Made by a program: the position numbers and the translations under genes | Source: a virus | Length of the DNA: 64,000 nt | Reading direction: 5' to 3' (one strand) | Virus record (IMG/VR): IMGVR_UViG_3300020202_000002 | Location: 24,747 to 88,746 of that record | Part shown: positions 10,076 through 19,890 of the stretch, in pieces | Position numbering within the stretch: position 1 is the stretch's first letter | Layout: each line of letters begins with the position of its first letter | The notes under the pieces: generated by a model | The model's input: only the letters and a program-made list of their open reading frames with translations | Told to the model about the DNA's origin: nothing | The model's database searches: none

Positions 10076-10299
10076 TGGAGTGTCGACGGCTGACGATAGC
10101 GGAGAAGAATGCGCTGGTTGCCGATGGGTACACCGTGCTGGGTGGCCCCTACGACTCGGAAGACCTTTGCACGGCAGCATGTGCAGCAGGCACGGCGACC
10201 TCGACGGACGATGGCCTAGACGCCGAAGGGTCCTGGTGGGCTGCAACGCCGCCATCGGGTGGACAAACGGGCGGCGCGTGGTGGGCAGGAGAGGATTGA
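10075..10299 (+). CDS. Tail-tip modular peptide C (74 aa)
   Basis: TGATG coupling; N-terminus resembles that of 10301..12112, C-terminus resembles that of 9566..10075. Confidence 0.6.
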   Translation: MECRRLTIAEKNALVADGYTVLGGPYDSEDLCTAACAAGTATSTDDGLDAEGSWWAATPPSGGQTGGAWWAGED

Positions 10300-10300
10300 T

Positions 10301-12112
10301 ATGGCAGAGTGCCTATTTCTGACGGATCAAGCGAAGGCCGATCTGGAATCTCTGGGCTGGACCTTCGTGGGACCTTACGAATCCGAAGACGCCTGCGTGA
10401 GCCAGAACCAGGAAACCGGCACTGGCACGTCCACTGGCACAGGGCACGTGTACGTCGACCTCACCTGTCCGGGCGAGCAACTGACCGGCGACCAGGAGGT
10501 AACGTTCGCCATCGGCGTCAGTGCCCCACACGTCACGACCCTGGAGGTGGATCTCGTCAGTACCGGCTGCTTCAGCATCACCTTCGCGACCACGACTGGG
10601 ATCTCGTGGAGCGTCGGCGCGAACGGCGGGACGATCCAGTCCTTTCAGGGCAGCGTGTCGGCTGTCGCGAATGCGCTTGCGAGTATCACGGTGGTGACGA
10701 CCACGCCATCGGCTACCGTCGACTTCACGGTCGCCGACATCGAGAACAGCAGCTACGCCTTCGACGAATGCAACGTCGTCATCACGGCGACCGACACGGG
10801 GACGGGAACTGGCACTGGCACTAGTACTGGTAGCCCGTCGTCGGGATGCGGATCGCCAACGGAGCTACCGGCACCACCATTCAGCTACGAAGACAATAAC
10901 ATCGACGCGCAGAAGTGGTACCACGTCGAATTGGACCCTGGTACGACGTATGCGCTTTCGCTCATTGCAATAGCAGGTCACGACACCGTACGGCTGGAAC
11001 TGTACACCGGCTGTGACGGCCACGGACGAGGAACAGGGTTTTTTGGCGCTGTAGACACTGAATTCTCTGGACCCAACGAGTTCAGCTGCGGGGAGATAAC
11101 TGGTATCTCCGACCTATGGATGCTGGCGGTCACTGTTGGAGCTACGTATCGCATCGACATGGATCCTGGCACTTGCGGCAGCCAGACGGGGACAGGAACT
11201 GGCACGCTCACTGGTTGTGAAGAAGCGACCTCACTCACTCTCGGTGCTATCCAAGCTGGCAGCATCACTGGCACGTCGGAGCGTGACTGGTACGTCATGA
11301 CAGGCCTGGACCCTGATACGCAGTACAGCATCAACCTGTGGACACAGGGCACACCAGCTGGCGTTCTGACAGGGGCGCTGTACACGACATGCGAGCGCAC
11401 CGGCGAAGGCTCAGGCGTGGGTGGGGTTCCCCAAATTCTGACGGCCGACAGCAGCGACTACGGCCAATGCTCGAACATCGTCGTGGGCGTGACGACGCTG
11501 TACATCGAGGTGCAGTACAACAACGCCGGCTCTGCGGATTACGAGCTGGCGGTTTACGAGGGGCTTTGCACGGATACCGGGACGGGAACAGGAACGGGGA
11601 GTGATGGGGGTGGCGCTGAGAGCCCACAGGGTCCACTGTTCCCAGGTACTGGCGCTAGCGATGCGTCGGTCGGCGTCACTGCGTGGACCAATCCTGGGAA
11701 TATATCCGCTGATGATGGAGTGTACGCGACGTGTACGTCCAATTCGCCGCAATACCTCAAAGCTACCAACTTCGGCTTCTCCATTCCCGATGGCGCGACA
11801 ATCGACGGTATCGAGGTCAAGATTCAGCTGTTCAGGACCGGACCGCGCGTGCACACCGTGAGCAACGTTCGCATGGTTAAGGCGGACGGATCGATATCGA
11901 CGACCAATCGCGCCTCCGACAACACGGTGATCAACACCACAGAAACTGAGAACACGTACGGCGGCGACTCGATCCTGTGGGGGGAGACATGGACGGCGGC
12001 GGACATCAACGACGCTGACTTCGGAGTCGTTTTCAACTCCGCGCCCGGTGGAGGCAAGGGCATTCCCACGATCAGCGTGGATTGCATCACTGTGAAAGTT
12101 TGGTTCCATTGA
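10301..12112 (+). CDS. Putative tail fibre / receptor-binding protein, beta-domains separated by (TG)n linkers
   Basis: About 603 aa from ATG 10301 (GAGG RBS); four TGTGTG linkers; acidic, Thr/Gly/Ser-rich. Confidence 0.65.
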   Translation: MAECLFLTDQAKADLESLGWTFVGPYESEDACVSQNQETGTGTSTGTGHVYVDLTCPGEQLTGDQEVTFAIGVSAPHVTTLEVDLVSTGCFSITFATTTGISWSVGANGGTIQSFQGSVSAVANALASITVVTTTPSATVDFTVADIENSSYAFDECNVVITATDTGTGTGTGTSTGSPSSGCGSPTELPAPPFSYEDNNIDAQKWYHVELDPGTTYALSLIAIAGHDTVRLELYTGCDGHGRGTGFFGAVDTEFSGPNEFSCGEITGISDLWMLAVTVGATYRIDMDPGTCGSQTGTGTGTLTGCEEATSLTLGAIQAGSITGTSERDWYVMTGLDPDTQYSINLWTQGTPAGVLTGALYTTCERTGEGSGVGGVPQILTADSSDYGQCSNIVVGVTTLYIEVQYNNAGSADYELAVYEGLCTDTGTGTGTGSDGGGAESPQGPLFPGTGASDASVGVTAWTNPGNISADDGVYATCTSNSPQYLKATNFGFSIPDGATIDGIEVKIQLFRTGPRVHTVSNVRMVKADGSISTTNRASDNTVINTTETENTYGGDSILWGETWTAADINDADFGVVFNSAPGGGKGIPTISVDCITVKVWFH

Positions 12113-12113
12113 G

Positions 12114-12749
12114 ATGGGAGTCGTCGTACCAGTCGTAGGACCGATGAGGAGCGGCACAAGCCTCGTCAGCAGCATCGTCCATGTTCTCGGCGTCTGCATG
12201 GGCGAGCGGTGGATAACCGAAGACCCAGAGTGGTGCAGGGACGGCTTCTGGTGCGATGACGAGTTCCACGAGCTATTTGTCGAGGTGCTCGGAGGATATC
12301 CCGGCCACTTCACCGTCGACACGTTCAACCGCGATGCGCTACCCAAGTTGAAGGACCAGGTAGCCAAGAGGGAGGGGACCTACGTTCGCTGGGGCGTCAA
12401 GAGTCACCTGCTGTCCTTCGTCTGGCCTCACTGGTGGCCGCTGTGCTCGCACGAGATTCGAGCTATCTTCCCGTGCAGACCGCCCGCCGAGTCGATTGCG
12501 TCACTGGCGGCTAGAACCGGACACACCGAAGAATGGGCTGCGGACTACCTGCAACCCTTCTTCGCGTCAGTGGCAGAAGCCAAGAGATTCCACGGGGAAA
12601 AGCTGTTCGTCGACTACGACACGCTCTTGGCTGACCCGGTAGCCGAGGTGGGCCGCATAGCGGAGTTCCTTGGCGTCAGCGTGACGCAGTACGCCATCGC
12701 CAGAGTCAAGCCGGAGTTGAGGCGATTCAATCAGCGCCTTCACATTTGA
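12114..12749 (+). CDS. Sulfotransferase-family protein
   Basis: N-terminal GPMRSGTS (PAPS-binding-like loop), WGVK, and VDYDTLLADP...RIAEFLG motifs. Confidence 0.7.
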   Translation: MGVVVPVVGPMRSGTSLVSSIVHVLGVCMGERWITEDPEWCRDGFWCDDEFHELFVEVLGGYPGHFTVDTFNRDALPKLKDQVAKREGTYVRWGVKSHLLSFVWPHWWPLCSHEIRAIFPCRPPAESIASLAARTGHTEEWAADYLQPFFASVAEAKRFHGEKLFVDYDTLLADPVAEVGRIAEFLGVSVTQYAIARVKPELRRFNQRLHI

Positions 12750-13517
12750 CGACGATCGTGCTGCCGCCGGACGCGCGAGACACCTCGAAACCGTCGACGA
12801 TCACGACAACGTCCTTCTTGCGCGATCCGGACGCCTCCGCGATCACCATAAACGTGAAGCACGCGAAAGCGAGCAAAAGAGAGATCCACCAGGATTCGGC
12901 TTTCAGATAGGTGAGCATAGATCCTCCAAGTCGGGCAAGTGTGTTCGGCATGGTGACTTCCTAAGTGAATCATTCGAACGTTTCAGACCGGCATTTGCCC
13001 GATGTGGGTTTTCTTGCGGCGCACCGAATCGCGGTCTGTGGCAGAGGCCGAGCGGCGAAAGATTGATTGCATGCCTAGCAGCCGCTAGCCATAATTGGCT
13101 CATGGAATCATGGCTCGCAAATCCAGAGTGCGAATGGTATCCGCAGAAGTGGATCGGATGCCTTCGCTGTGAATGCCGCTACCCCGAGGATCTCGTTGTC
13201 TCCGAGTTGTGTGCGGTGTGCCGATATATTGCCTTGAAACACTCTGGATATCGATTTGGGGCCAATGACAACCGTCTACTTGCCGAGGCTGCGGACATGA
13301 TGCGTCACTATCGCGACAACTCTCCTAACAACAAAGCCGTTCGACTCGCCGAAATACTCGCCGACATGGAGGAAGCCTTCCGCGTAATCAACTGATGTGC
13401 GTTTGTGTCGTTTGGTGTGGTGGCCATCGCATTTCGACAAATTCGAAAAATCGTCCCTGACGCCAGCTGCACGCGCCCGATAGGATAGAGTCAGCGTCGC
13501 AGAATGGATTTCTGCAA

Positions 13518-14288
13518 ATGAAGTGGTCCTACGGCATCACCACCGTCCCGACACGACGGCTGGACCTCTTGCCGCGCACGCTCGCCTCTCTCGCCGCCGC
13601 AGGGTTCGATAGACCACGCCTCTTCGTCGATGGTGGACTTCCCGGAAGCCAGCTCTACCGCGATCTCGGATTGCCGACCACCATCCGGGACCGCATCTCA
13701 CGTGAAGTCAACGACCGCCCAAACACCACGGCCTATGGTCATCCGTTCGGCAACTGGATGCTGGGGCTGCTCGAACTGTACGTCCGCGAGCCGCACGCCG
13801 ATCGCTACGCGATGTTCCAGGACGATATTGTCGCCTGCCGCAATCTGCGGTCATTCCTTGAGGCGTCCCCGTATCCGGACCGCGCCTATCTGAACCTGTA
13901 CACGGTCCACTTTAACTACCGATTTTGCCCCAAGGATTCCCAGAAGTTGCCCCAGCGCGGCTGGTTCGTCACCTCGCAGCGCGGCCTGGGGGCAGTGGCA
14001 ACCGTGTTCAGCCGAGATGCGTTGCTGGCGCTCTTCTCGAACGACCACATGGTCCGCCGGCCGATCGACAAGGGCCGCGGGCACAAGGCGGTCGACGGGG
14101 GAATCGTCGAGTCGATGAAGAAGGCGGGCTGGCGCGAATACTGCCATCACCCAAGCCTCGTGCAGCACATCGGCGACAAGAGCGCCATCGGCAACAACCT
14201 GAAGAACGACGACCCGGACAAGCACCACGCGACCTCGCCGACGTTTCCTGGCGAGAGCCACGATGCCCTGGAATTCCTCAGGGGGTGA
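13518..14288 (+). CDS. GT-A-fold glycosyltransferase-like protein (paralogue 1)
   Basis: DRYAMFQDD acidic motif and PSLVQHIG motif. Confidence 0.65.
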   Translation: MKWSYGITTVPTRRLDLLPRTLASLAAAGFDRPRLFVDGGLPGSQLYRDLGLPTTIRDRISREVNDRPNTTAYGHPFGNWMLGLLELYVREPHADRYAMFQDDIVACRNLRSFLEASPYPDRAYLNLYTVHFNYRFCPKDSQKLPQRGWFVTSQRGLGAVATVFSRDALLALFSNDHMVRRPIDKGRGHKAVDGGIVESMKKAGWREYCHHPSLVQHIGDKSAIGNNLKNDDPDKHHATSPTFPGESHDALEFLRG

Positions 14289-14291
14289 GCC

Positions 14292-14552
14292 ATGGCGTGG
14301 AAGTGGGGCGACAAACTGAAGTCGGCATTCGAGCTGGTGGGCATCACCGAGGATCGCGCCGCGAAGTTTCTGGGCGAGCATTGCAACTGCCCGAAGCGCC
14401 GAGAGGCTCTGAACGCCTTCAGCGACTGGGCCGAACGACTGGCAAGCCGCCTGATGGGCGCGAAAGAGGAGCACGAAAAGGAAATCGTCAAGGATCAGGG
14501 CTTGCAGGAGCTGGAAGTCCTGATGGACCGACCACCGAGGAGCAACAAATGA
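14292..14552 (+). CDS. Hypothetical protein (CNC.KRREALN motif)
   Basis: 86 aa, coupled between the two glycosyltransferase paralogues. Confidence 0.55.
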   Translation: MAWKWGDKLKSAFELVGITEDRAAKFLGEHCNCPKRREALNAFSDWAERLASRLMGAKEEHEKEIVKDQGLQELEVLMDRPPRSNK

Positions 14553-15235
14553 AGTGGGCCTACGGTGTGACCACTGTGCCCGAGCGTCGCAAGGATCTTC
14601 TGCCGCGAACGCTGGCCAGCCTTGAGAAAGCAGGATTTCCGGCCCCGCGGTTGTTTGTTGACGGGGCCACGTCTGGCGTCGAGTGGTCCGGACTGTTCGG
14701 TCTGGAAATCACGTTTCGCCACCCGAGGATGCACGCCTTCGGCAACTGGTTGCTCAGCCTACAGGAGCTTCTCATCCGCGAGCCGGCAGCAGATCGCTAC
14801 GCCATGTTCCAGGACGATCTTGAGGCGTGCCGGGGGCTGAGGAGTTATCTGGAAAAGACCAGCATGGAAGGGCCGGTGTACCTGAACTGCTTCACGACGG
14901 CAGCAAGCGCCAACGGCGACGGCTGGCATCCATCCAAGCGTCCGGGAACCGGAGCTGTCGCCCTGGTGTTCAATCGTGAGACGGTAACGACTCTCCTTCA
15001 GCAGTCCTGGCTGCACGGTCAGCCGCTCGATGGCATCCGCCGCAAGGCTTACATCGACGACTGCGTGAGGCGCTGCCTGCAACCGCTGTTCTACGTCGAA
15101 ATGGTGCACGGCCCGAGCCTGGTGCAGCACACCGGTGCTTTGTGCTCCACAGTCGGCAGCAGTATGCAGCTGGTAGCGGATGGATGGAGCGAGAACGTGT
15201 TGGACGGCGCTGGCGCTTTGGTAGGACAAACATAG
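14549..15235 (+). CDS. GT-A-fold glycosyltransferase-like protein (paralogue 2)
   Basis: MKWAYGVTTVPERRKDLLPRTLASL is nearly identical to the paralogue 1 N-terminus; DRYAMFQDD, PSLVQHTG; GAGGAG RBS. Confidence 0.65.
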   Translation: MKWAYGVTTVPERRKDLLPRTLASLEKAGFPAPRLFVDGATSGVEWSGLFGLEITFRHPRMHAFGNWLLSLQELLIREPAADRYAMFQDDLEACRGLRSYLEKTSMEGPVYLNCFTTAASANGDGWHPSKRPGTGAVALVFNRETVTTLLQQSWLHGQPLDGIRRKAYIDDCVRRCLQPLFYVEMVHGPSLVQHTGALCSTVGSSMQLVADGWSENVLDGAGALVGQT

Positions 15236-15260
15236 GGGGCCGGAACGCAAGGAGTCGCGG

Positions 15261-16058
15261 ATGAGGCTTGGGGTTGTTGGTGGGGGCGTAGTCGGCCACG
15301 CTATGGCGCGGGCGTTCATGGAGCATTCCGAAGGTGGCACTCGTGTCTACGACGTGGTGCCGGAGCGATGCACGCACTCACTTGAAGATGTTCTTTCCTG
15401 CGACCTGATCTTCGTCTGTCTGCCGACACCGGCGAATGAAGACGGGTCGTGCAAGACTTCGTTTGTCGAACAATTCTTTCGGGACGTTGGCACGTCCGCT
15501 TTCGCCGATCGCAACTTTGTGCTGCGGTCCACGGTGCCGGTCGGCACAACCAAGAAGCTGGGCGAACGCTACGGCGTCAAGAATCTGGTGCACTCGCCTG
15601 AGTTTCTGACGGCGCGATGTTCGGTGGCCGATGCGCAGGTACCGGCGCGGAACATCGTGGGCATACCGCACCCCAGCGCGGCAACCAGCCTTCTCGCAGA
15701 GTTGTACAAGCGGCGCTTCCCAGGCATTCCCGTCCACATCACGACGAGCGACGAGAGCGAGGCCGTGAAGCTCATGCAAAACAGCTTTTTCCTTACGAAA
15801 ATCGCCATTTTCAACGAGTTCTACCAGTTTGCCCAGGCGCGAGGGATGAACTGGTCTCGCGTACTGGCTGGGCTACTCAGCGACGGGCGGATTGCGCACG
15901 CCCACACTCAGGTTCCTGGTGTGGACGGCTTATTTGGCGCGGGCGGAGCCTGTTTGCCAAAGGACATCGCGAACCTCGTGCACTGCATGGGTGACGAAGC
16001 TGTCGTCATCCGCGCGGCGATGGAGAGGAATAAGCGGGACAGGGAGAGGGTGGCATGA
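15261..16058 (+). CDS. UDP-glucose/GDP-mannose dehydrogenase family (short form)
   Basis: GGGVVG Rossmann loop, CLPTP, RSTVPVGTT, SPEFL, catalytic GGACLPKD; lacks the usual C-terminal domain. Confidence 0.85.
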   Translation: MRLGVVGGGVVGHAMARAFMEHSEGGTRVYDVVPERCTHSLEDVLSCDLIFVCLPTPANEDGSCKTSFVEQFFRDVGTSAFADRNFVLRSTVPVGTTKKLGERYGVKNLVHSPEFLTARCSVADAQVPARNIVGIPHPSAATSLLAELYKRRFPGIPVHITTSDESEAVKLMQNSFFLTKIAIFNEFYQFAQARGMNWSRVLAGLLSDGRIAHAHTQVPGVDGLFGAGGACLPKDIANLVHCMGDEAVVIRAAMERNKRDRERVA

Positions 16059-16230
16059 CGCTTGAAAATCGCATCGACGACATCCCATACGGTGGTGGCT
16101 GGTGGAAGTCGGCAGGTCGTGACATGTTCCTTGAACTTGCTCGCGAGATGATGCGCAAAGGTCTGACAGAGGAGGATGCCATTGGCATCCTCACATCGGC
16201 TTACTGCACAGTGGCAGCGGAGTTTGGCAA

Positions 16231-17502
16231 TTGAACATCATCACCCACACAACCTGCCGCTGCTGCGGCTCCGAGAACATGACGCCCCTGTTTTCGCTGG
16301 GCGAGCATTTCGTGTCGGATTTCGTGGACCGCGAGCACATCTACGACGGTACCGAGTGCCCGATCGATCTGGAACAATGCCGCGATTGCACGCTGGTGCA
16401 GATGAAGCACACCGCGCCCCAGGAGTTGCTCTACAGCGGCCACTACTGGTACGTGTCGGGCCGGACGCAAACCATGCGAGATGCCCTGCGCGACGTTGCC
16501 GCAGCAGCCGAGCGCGTGGCCAACCTCAAGGCTGGTGACGTGGTGCTCGACATCGGCTCCAACGACGGAACGTTTCTGCGATCCTACGAAGTTTCCGGAC
16601 TGATCAAGGTAGGCGTTGAACCGGCCAAGAACCTCGCTGAAGAAGGGGCGAAGGGCGTCGGCTACTTCTTCCAGGAGTTCTGGCCTCTGTCCGAGAGGAC
16701 GCTGGAGAACATGCGTCTGGGCGGCGTCGATCTCTCCGGGGAGCGGAAGGCCAAGGTCATCACGGCGCTGGGGATGCTTTACGATGCCGAGGACCCGAAT
16801 GCCTTCGTCGCTGGTGTTGCCAGGTGCCTAGCGAAAGACGGGGTCTTCATCGCGCAACTGATGTGCGCCAAGAACATGCTGGCCGTGGCTGACGTTGGCA
16901 ACCTGTGCCACGAGCACCTGCTTTTCTTTTCATTGAGATCCCTCGAATCTCTCTTCGCCAAGCACGGGCTGGAAATCTTCGACATCGAGACGAATGCGGT
17001 CAACGGCGAAAGCTACCGTCTGTACGTTCGGCACAAGGATTCATGGATCGGCGCATCGCCAGAAGCGTCCAACAGGTGGATAGACGCTTTCAACGCCGAG
17101 GCCAGCATTGGACTGAACGGTCCGGACGCGATGATGTTCTTCTACCGGCGCGCGTGCGAGAACCGACAAGCCGTCGTGGACTGCGTGCGCTCGGCTGTAG
17201 CGGACGGAAAGACCGTGGCAGTGCTTGGCGCGAGCACCAAAGGTAACACTTTGTTGCAGTGGTGGAGCTTCGATTCGTCCGTCATCTCGTTCGCAGCGGA
17301 GCGCTCGCCGGAGAAGCACGGCAAGTTCACGATCGGCACAGGCATCCCCATCGTCAGCGAAGAGGAGTTTCGGCGACGGCAGCCGGATTTCGCTTTGATA
17401 CTCCCATACGCTTTTGAGGCAGAGATTCGCGAGCGCGAGCGCGAATGGCACGAGCGGGGAGGCAGGTTTATCTTACCCCTACCAGAAGTGAGGATCACAT
17501 GA
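16231..17502 (+). CDS. NDP-hexose C-methyltransferase family
   Basis: N-terminal CRCCGS and C..C.LVQ zinc site, DIGSNDG, HEHL, GASTKGNTLL, GGRFILPLP. Confidence 0.85.
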   Translation: MNIITHTTCRCCGSENMTPLFSLGEHFVSDFVDREHIYDGTECPIDLEQCRDCTLVQMKHTAPQELLYSGHYWYVSGRTQTMRDALRDVAAAAERVANLKAGDVVLDIGSNDGTFLRSYEVSGLIKVGVEPAKNLAEEGAKGVGYFFQEFWPLSERTLENMRLGGVDLSGERKAKVITALGMLYDAEDPNAFVAGVARCLAKDGVFIAQLMCAKNMLAVADVGNLCHEHLLFFSLRSLESLFAKHGLEIFDIETNAVNGESYRLYVRHKDSWIGASPEASNRWIDAFNAEASIGLNGPDAMMFFYRRACENRQAVVDCVRSAVADGKTVAVLGASTKGNTLLQWWSFDSSVISFAAERSPEKHGKFTIGTGIPIVSEEEFRRRQPDFALILPYAFEAEIREREREWHERGGRFILPLPEVRIT

Positions 17503-17649
17503 TGAGAACCGTGTGCGCGGCGTTTGCCGGTGTCCTACTAGCTAGCCTTTTCGGGTGGCCTAGTGTGCTCGTTCTCATCGTGTTCGTGCTGTGGGATATG
17601 CACAACGAGCTCTCCGCCACTGCGAAACCGACGCGACGGGAGCCGTTGC

Positions 17650-17838
17650 GTGACTGACGCCAGCAACTACGCCTTGGCGCTTAGCAAGGCTCAGCGAGCC
17701 GTCAAACGCTTGTCCAACTTCAAGCCACCAGTTCGCAGGGGCCGGTCGTTGCGAATGATGCAGCGAATCGGGCGTAACGATCCGTGCCCCTGCGGCAGTG
17801 GGGTGAAGTTCAAGCGGTGCCACGGAGCAAGGGAATGA
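17650..17838 (+). CDS. Small SEC-C motif protein
   Basis: [20 protein letters not shown]. Confidence 0.75.
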   Translation: MTDASNYALALSKAQRAVKRLSNFKPPVRRGRSLRMMQRIGRNDPCPCGSGVKFKRCHGARE

Positions 17839-18827
17839 CGCAACGTGCGCTAATAACCGGATGCGGTGGCCAGGACGGATCGTTCCTGTGTGACCTACTG
17901 TTGGAACGCGGCTATGAGGTCCACGGCATCGTCCGCCGTTCGTCCCTGGACAACCTCGCCCGCATCGCCCACTGCCGCGACAAGATCATCCTGCACCAAG
18001 GCGACGTGACGGACGCCAGCTGCCTCGAAGGCATCATTGCTGACGTATCCCCGCATGAGGTCTACCACGAAGCGGACCAGGACTCCGTAGGCTGGTCGCA
18101 CGTCACCCCCGCGTACCAGGTCGAGGTCACCGTCAAGGCCACGGTGCATCTGCTCGAAGCCTGCCGCGTTCAGTGCCGCGAGGCGAGAATCTTCCTGCCA
18201 TGCTCAGCCATGATGTTCGGCGACCCGGCATTTACCGACCTCACGGGCATGCAAGACGAGCAATCGCCGTTGAACCCGCAGAGCCCGTACGGCGTGGCGA
18301 AATGCCACGTCTTTTACATGGGGCGCATGTATCGCCAGCGGCACGACATGTTCGTGGCCAACGGGATCCTGTTCAACCACGACAGCGAGCGTCGTTCCGA
18401 GCACTACCTTCTGCACAAGATCTGCCGCGGCGTGAAACGCATCGCCGCCGGCCAGCAGCACACACTCGCTCTGGGCAACCTCGACGGCCGCGTGGACGTG
18501 GGCTATGCCCGCGATTACATGGAAGCTGCCATCGCCATGTTGCAGTTCAAGAAGCCCGACGACTTCGTGATCGCCACGGCGCAGGCGCATTCGGTGGAGG
18601 ACATGGTGCACTTCGCCTTCCAGCGGGCGGGCATGAAGATCGGGCCGCGCGATCTGAGCAACTACATCACCGTGGATCCGCAGTTTTACTACCAGGCAAG
18701 GGGCATTCTGCGAGGCAATCCGGAGAAGGCGTGGAACTGCCTCAACTGGCGGGCGACAACGCACATCAAGGACCTCATCGGCATCATCATGGACGGCGAG
18801 AGGGCGGAAGGGGGCAAGGCAGCATGA
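17835..18827 (+). CDS. gmd: GDP-mannose 4,6-dehydratase
   Basis: [57 protein letters not shown]. Confidence 0.9.
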   Translation: MTQRALITGCGGQDGSFLCDLLLERGYEVHGIVRRSSLDNLARIAHCRDKIILHQGDVTDASCLEGIIADVSPHEVYHEADQDSVGWSHVTPAYQVEVTVKATVHLLEACRVQCREARIFLPCSAMMFGDPAFTDLTGMQDEQSPLNPQSPYGVAKCHVFYMGRMYRQRHDMFVANGILFNHDSERRSEHYLLHKICRGVKRIAAGQQHTLALGNLDGRVDVGYARDYMEAAIAMLQFKKPDDFVIATAQAHSVEDMVHFAFQRAGMKIGPRDLSNYITVDPQFYYQARGILRGNPEKAWNCLNWRATTHIKDLIGIIMDGERAEGGKAA

Positions 18828-19098
18828 GTGTTACCCACATCGCGGGGCGACCCGTTGCTCTCCGCGGGCATCTGAACCGTGTCATCCAGCGGTGCGCCCT
18901 GTGCGGAGCGATGATGGACGACCGCAGCATCGGACTGATGATCGTGAAGGCGGGGCATGCGGGCCTGACGCCGTACCCCGAGGGCCACCTGATCCGGTTC
19001 AAGACGGAAGAGGGGCCGACCGTTCGCAGCGACCTGGGGCCGATCAATCAGCGGAACGAGTTGCCGGCCGACTTCTGCCTGAGGGATGTGGACAAGCA

Positions 19099-19890
19099 AT
19101 GAGAGCACTATCGTGTCCGAAGATTATAGTTGATGGTCGCCAAGCAGAAGACTTGAGAGGCCGCGTATTCAACAGATTGACAGTGGAATCGCTGGGAGAA
19201 AGAGACCGACAGGGCAGGCTGCAATGGAAGTCTCGTTGTACGTGCGGCAATGTTGTCGTTTGTCGCCGTGATCATCTTACGTCAGGAAACACGCAAAGCT
19301 GCGGGTGTTTGCAGTACGAAATGTTTGTTAGGCGTATCACCACTCATGGTATGTCTGGAGGCAGGCGCGGCAGGATTCCCGAATACATAGTCTGGAACAA
19401 CATGCACCAGCGTTGCTTCAATCCGGACAACCCGCGATGGCCACACTACGGTGGCCGCGGCATCTCTGTGTGCGATCGTTGGCAATCATTCTCGGCGTTC
19501 TTGGCTGACATGGGGCGAAGACCTGGCAAGGAGTATCAAATAGAACGCAAGGATAATAACTCTGGATATTCGCCAGACAACTGCATTTGGGCAACATCGC
19601 ACAAGCAAACCAGAAACACGCGGCGAAATCTGTTTCTCTCATTTGCTGGCAGAACAATGTGCTTGACGGATTGGGCTAGCGAAATGTCATTGAGACCTGG
19701 ATGCATACGCAAGCGACTTGCTCTAGGCTGGCCCATTGGTGACGCTTTGACATTGCCAGCCAAGCAAGCCGGTCCCCACTGGGAGCAATCGAAACTCAAG
19801 ATTGGTGCAGCACATCGTGGTCGACAGTTAACCATTCGCCACCGAGCAAAACTTCGAGCCTCATGGTTAAGACGTAAAGGAGGCCAGTAA
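19099..19890 (+). CDS. HNH-type homing endonuclease
   Basis: CTCGN...SCGC, YGGRGISVCDRW..F..FLADMG, IERKDNNSGYSPDNCIWAT; more AT-rich than its neighbours. Confidence 0.85.
   Translation: MRALSCPKIIVDGRQAEDLRGRVFNRLTVESLGERDRQGRLQWKSRCTCGNVVVCRRDHLTSGNTQSCGCLQYEMFVRRITTHGMSGGRRGRIPEYIVWNNMHQRCFNPDNPRWPHYGGRGISVCDRWQSFSAFLADMGRRPGKEYQIERKDNNSGYSPDNCIWATSHKQTRNTRRNLFLSFAGRTMCLTDWASEMSLRPGCIRKRLALGWPIGDALTLPAKQAGPHWEQSKLKIGAAHRGRQLTIRHRAKLRASWLRRKGGQ

Noticed and set aside
9978-10290. Duplicated ~90-bp segments in tail genes as a diversity-generating retroelement TR/VR pair
   Set aside because: Differences are mostly synonymous and not adenine-specific, and no reverse transcriptase is present in the window.
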